Below are positions 60,196 through 64,000 of a stretch of DNA of 64,000 nt, one piece after another. The notes under the pieces were generated by a model. That model had not been told where the DNA came from. It did no database searches and saw only the letters and a list, made by a program, of their open reading frames with translations. The DNA is from the human T2T-CHM13v2.0 reference genome, Homo sapiens, in NCBI RefSeq assembly GCF_009914755.1, contig NC_060934.1; one strand, 5' to 3'. Position 1 is the stretch's first letter. Every line of letters starts with the position of its first letter. A program made the position numbers and the translations under genes.

Positions 60196-60652
60196 CGACT
60201 TCCTGCCCAGCTGTCCTACGGTATCCCAGGTGCCAGACCCCTGTGTCCACACCCCTGCTGGTTCCTGCCCCACCCCTTCCCCCAGCCCAGGAGGCTTCCA
60301 CCCCTTCAAGAATTGAAATCTTCACAAGAAGCCCTTGCCCCTCTCCCTGAATACCCCCAACTCTGAAGAGAAAAAAAATCAAACCAAAGAGTTTTCCTCA
60401 AGAGTTGCAGGCTGGGCTTACAAAAGCCACAAAGCTTGTGTACAAAATGACACCCTTGGCCACCATCTCCCAGTCTGTTGACTGCTAAAAATGAGAAGTG
60501 AACAGAGAGAAGGCCAGGCAGAAGGCTGCAGGGCAGGGGCCAGGTGGGCAGCAACAGGGAACAAATCTGAGTGGAGGGGAGAATTCTATCCCTCCCAGGG
60601 TTCCGGCCCCAACAGAGGCTCCCTGCTTGAGCCTTGCTCAGGCCTGGGAGGG

Positions 60653-61046
60653 TGATATGCTTTGGCTGTGTCCCCACCCAAAATCTCATCTTGAATTGTA
60701 ATCCCTATAATCCCCATGTGACAAAGGAGAGATCAGGTGGAGGTGATGGAATCGTGGGGGCGGTTCCCCCATGCTGTTCTTGTGATAGTAAGTTCTCACG
60801 AGATCTGATGGTTTTATAAGTGTTTGGTAGTTCCTTCTGCATTCATTCTCCTTCCTGCTGCCTTGTGAAGAAGGTGCCTTGCTTCTCCTTCGCTGTCTGC
60901 CATGATTGTAAGTTTCCTGAGGCTTCCTGTAAGTTTCCTGAGGCTCCCCGGGCCACGTGGAACTGTGAGTCAATTAAACCTCTTTCCTTTATAAATTACC
61001 CAGTCTCAGACAGTTCTTTATAGCAGCATGAAAATGGACTAATATG
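60653..61046 (+). mobile_element. Solo MaLR LTR THE1 (THE1C/D-like)
   Basis: TGATATGCTTTGGCTGTGTCCCCACCCAAAATCTCATC...GGACTAATATG; perfect 5-bp TSD GAGGG. Confidence 0.95.
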
Positions 61047-62674
61047 GAGGGGTCAAAGACAGAAATCTCCTCCTCCAGTCCCTAGCCTTGGCTCTTGGAC
61101 ACGAATCCAGTTCCTGACAGCAGAGAAGTATACAGGTGGGACAGTGCAGTGTGTCCCCACAGGGGCTCAGGCCACACCCCAACCCAATTACAAGCCATGC
61201 AAGAAGATTCTGAAAACATGGATGAGGAGATGGCCTGCCTAAAGCCAGCAGATGGGTGCCACCCACCTGATGTACCTCTCTAGCAGCCTAGCCAGCCAGC
61301 CACCAACAAGGGCCACCAAAAGTTAGGACTGATGGGGTGCCCTTCCAGCCCGACCAAAGTCCTTCCATTCACCCAGCAGGGCCACTGACAACTGATTTCT
61401 CATTCTGGGCAAAAGCAATGGAAACTTGGCACAGCAACCCCAGGGAGACCTCCCTCTGTAAGGAGATGCTCAGATGTTTTGGTTTGTGTCCAAAGAGGGG
61501 AAGGACAGGTGGAGAGAAAGGGCCTAGACCCATGTAAATCACAAATGCCAAGACCCAGACACAGCCACAGCTGGGGGCCTGGTGGGGGGAATGGCCAAGA
61601 CCGCAAGAAGAGAGACTACTGTATGGAGCCAGAAGGCGAAGGCAAGTAAATCCTTGGCACAAAGCAGGAGGAGGCAGGAACAAGTACAATGGACAGTGGG
61701 GAGGCAGACAGGTTCTGAATAACCCAGAACAAAGAGAACATGAAACCACAAAAGAAGAACAGATTAAAGAGAAATGGGGGATGGGGATGACAGAGCACCC
61801 AGGGCGGCGGGTGCAGGACCAGCAGAGGTCCCCCGACTGTCCTTGGCTGTGTGCACACAGAGGTGCTGCAGTCCTGGGGCCATGTTCATAGGATGCAGAG
61901 AAAGCACACTCTGTCTTTTCTCAGGAAAGCTGCAGGGAAATGAAAAGCTCCAGGCAGGACAGACTGGGCGATGACTGCATGGCTAAAAGCGCACACCTTA
62001 AAACTAGACACACTCCCCTGCCCTGAGCCCCAGATGTCAATGGACATATTCCCACAATTTTCACATTCCCTCCCAATAAAGTAGGGCCATGAAAGATGAA
62101 TTTTAGGATATCCACTTGGGGAGCTCGTATTTTGGGGCCAGACCTTCCTCCTTGCTGGGCTATCTCGGGCTTGGAGTGGGAGAAGCCAGGCAGGAGTCCT
62201 GGAGAGTGACCGCACAAGTGAGCAAAGGCGGCATTCACCCAACTCTTGGGACAAGGCAGTCAGACCCCACCACCCATCCCCAATCCTATGGGCCCACGTC
62301 ACTTTGGTTTCGCTTGTTTTTTTTTTTAGTAAACATCAGCTTTCCTCAGGTGTTCTTCTGCTTTATTATTCCCGTGTAGCCACAGCAACAGAACTAGCCC
62401 CATGTCTCTCAATCAGGGAGGTCCCCAGCCAGCTTTGGAAAGACACCCATCAAAAAGAGTGAGCAAACCTAAAGAAGGGTTCAATAGGGAAGGTACCAGC
62501 GGCCAGCTGCAGAGGGGCTCCATTCCCCTGACCCTCAGTCACTTCCCAGAAACCACACAGAGGAGCCCGGGTGTGCCAGAAACAGCCTTTCATAATACAA
62601 GATGGACAGGAAAGAGGCCAAGGGCAGGCAGTTCCCAATCTCCACAAGGGCAAGAAGGTAGAGTCCATACTTCT

Positions 62675-62977
62675 TTCTTGTCTTTTTCTTTTTTTGAAAC
62701 AGGGTCTGGCTCCGTCATCCAGGCTGGAGCACAGTGGCACTATCTCAGCTCACTGCAACCTCCACCTCCTGGGCTCAAGCCATCTTCCCACCTCAACCCC
62801 CTGAGTAGCTGAGGCTACAGATGCACACCACCATGCCCAGCTAATTTTTGTATTTTTTGTAGAGATGGGATTTCTCCATGCTGCCCAAGCTGGTTTCGAA
62901 CTCCTGAGCTCAAGCAGTCAGCCCACCTCAGCCTCCCAAAGTGCTGGGATTACAGGCATGAGCCACTGTACCAGGCT
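62675..62977 (-). mobile_element. AluJ (Jb-like)
   Basis: Full dimer; TSD GAGTCCA(T/C)ACTTCT. Confidence 0.95.
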
Positions 62978-64000
62978 GAGTCCACACTTCTAAGCTTGCT
63001 GTTGCTCTCAGACTTGCAGAACAACCTATTAAACAGAAGTAGGTAAAAGTTGAGAAAGGGAAGTGGCCACCACAGAACCAGTTCTGCTGAGAACGAGGAC
63101 TCGAGTCAGGCTATGCTACCCTCCTTCCATGGCCATGGGAAAAAGGGGTGTGTGCTGTTGGTGTGAGAGATCTGGATCTTAACAGATCAGACTTAAACTA
63201 ATTTGCCCATGATGACCGTGTGGATTTGGAGGGACCTGGGAATCTCACAGACCTATGGGATGTCCCAGTGATATGTCCTGGGCTTCATACCAGCCCTGCC
63301 CTGCCTGACAAGTTGGATGAAAACTGATAAAGGACTTGTCATAGCTTCAGATGGCAAAACCAGGCCAGGCCAGAATGAAAAAGGAGAAGGAATTTAACAT
63401 GGGCAAATGCCAAGCTCTGCATTTAACTAACCAAGGCTGCTTGGCGTGAACAAAACTGAGACAGAGCAATGCATGGAGAAAAGGGTTGGGCATTTGTGGG
63501 CTACAAGCTTGGCATGACATGGATGCAAATGTCAATGGGTGCACCCCCAGATGCCTGTGACTCCCTCTGGTGGTTTCTGTGCACAACTTCCCCCAAAATA
63601 GGCCCTACGACTCCAGCAGAAACCTACCCTGGGGCTCCTAGAGCTTCCTAGCCTGCCTGCCAGAGAGCAGAAGTGCCTGGAGGCTACATCTTCACCCCTG
63701 GGTAGTCCTTACTCTGAGGTGGGACTGCATCCAGGGCTCCCCTTTAGGGTCTGACTTGGACTGAAATCACACCCTGCCTTGCCTTCTGTCCCTCCCTTAA
63801 CTTGCTCTCCCCTCCCTAATAACTCCAGCATCCTCATCTCAGCAGAAGCTTCTGGGGAACCCAGCCCAAGATGAGTGGTGAGGGCTAGGGTAGCCCTCCT
63901 CAATGCACTCTGGGAACTACATTTTCAGAAGCCCCAGCCAGAGGGCCAAGTCCCAGGCAGGGTGCAAAGCTGTGGGGCGAGGAACCTGGAAAGAGGCTCT

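Noticed and set aside
60943-60956. PRDM9 hotspot 13-mer in THE1
   Set aside because: Reads GCTCCCCGGCCAC, mismatching CCNCCNTNNCCNC at two fixed positions

Overview
Primate (most likely human) non-coding genomic DNA. I find no supportable protein-coding gene, RNA gene or CRISPR array. Roughly half the window is recognisable transposon relics: about 20 Alus, two short young L1PA inserts, old L1M/L2/MIR fragments, hAT/Tigger fossils, the 3' part of a MER4-group ERV1 provirus (1-4990), and solo LTRs (MER67-, LTR12F-, LTR8-, MST- and THE1-type). There are also several simple and tandem repeats. The ORF track is explained by Alu/L1 sequence, stop-poor CA/GT/CT repeats or chance; only the L1 ORF2p C-terminal fragments are recognisable protein sequence. 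The best functional candidates are regulatory: an intact LTR12 promoter with a mutated polyA signal (16514-17058); a CpG-rich promoter-like module with GC boxes, a CTCF-like motif, a splice donor and G4 tracts (about 59540-59975); a 13-bp E-box VNTR; and a 1.6-kb array rich in RUNX motifs. I do not see convincing evidence for a previously undescribed biological system. Subfamily names come from recalled consensus sequences and need RepeatMasker/Dfam confirmation. The locus cannot be identified from sequence alone.
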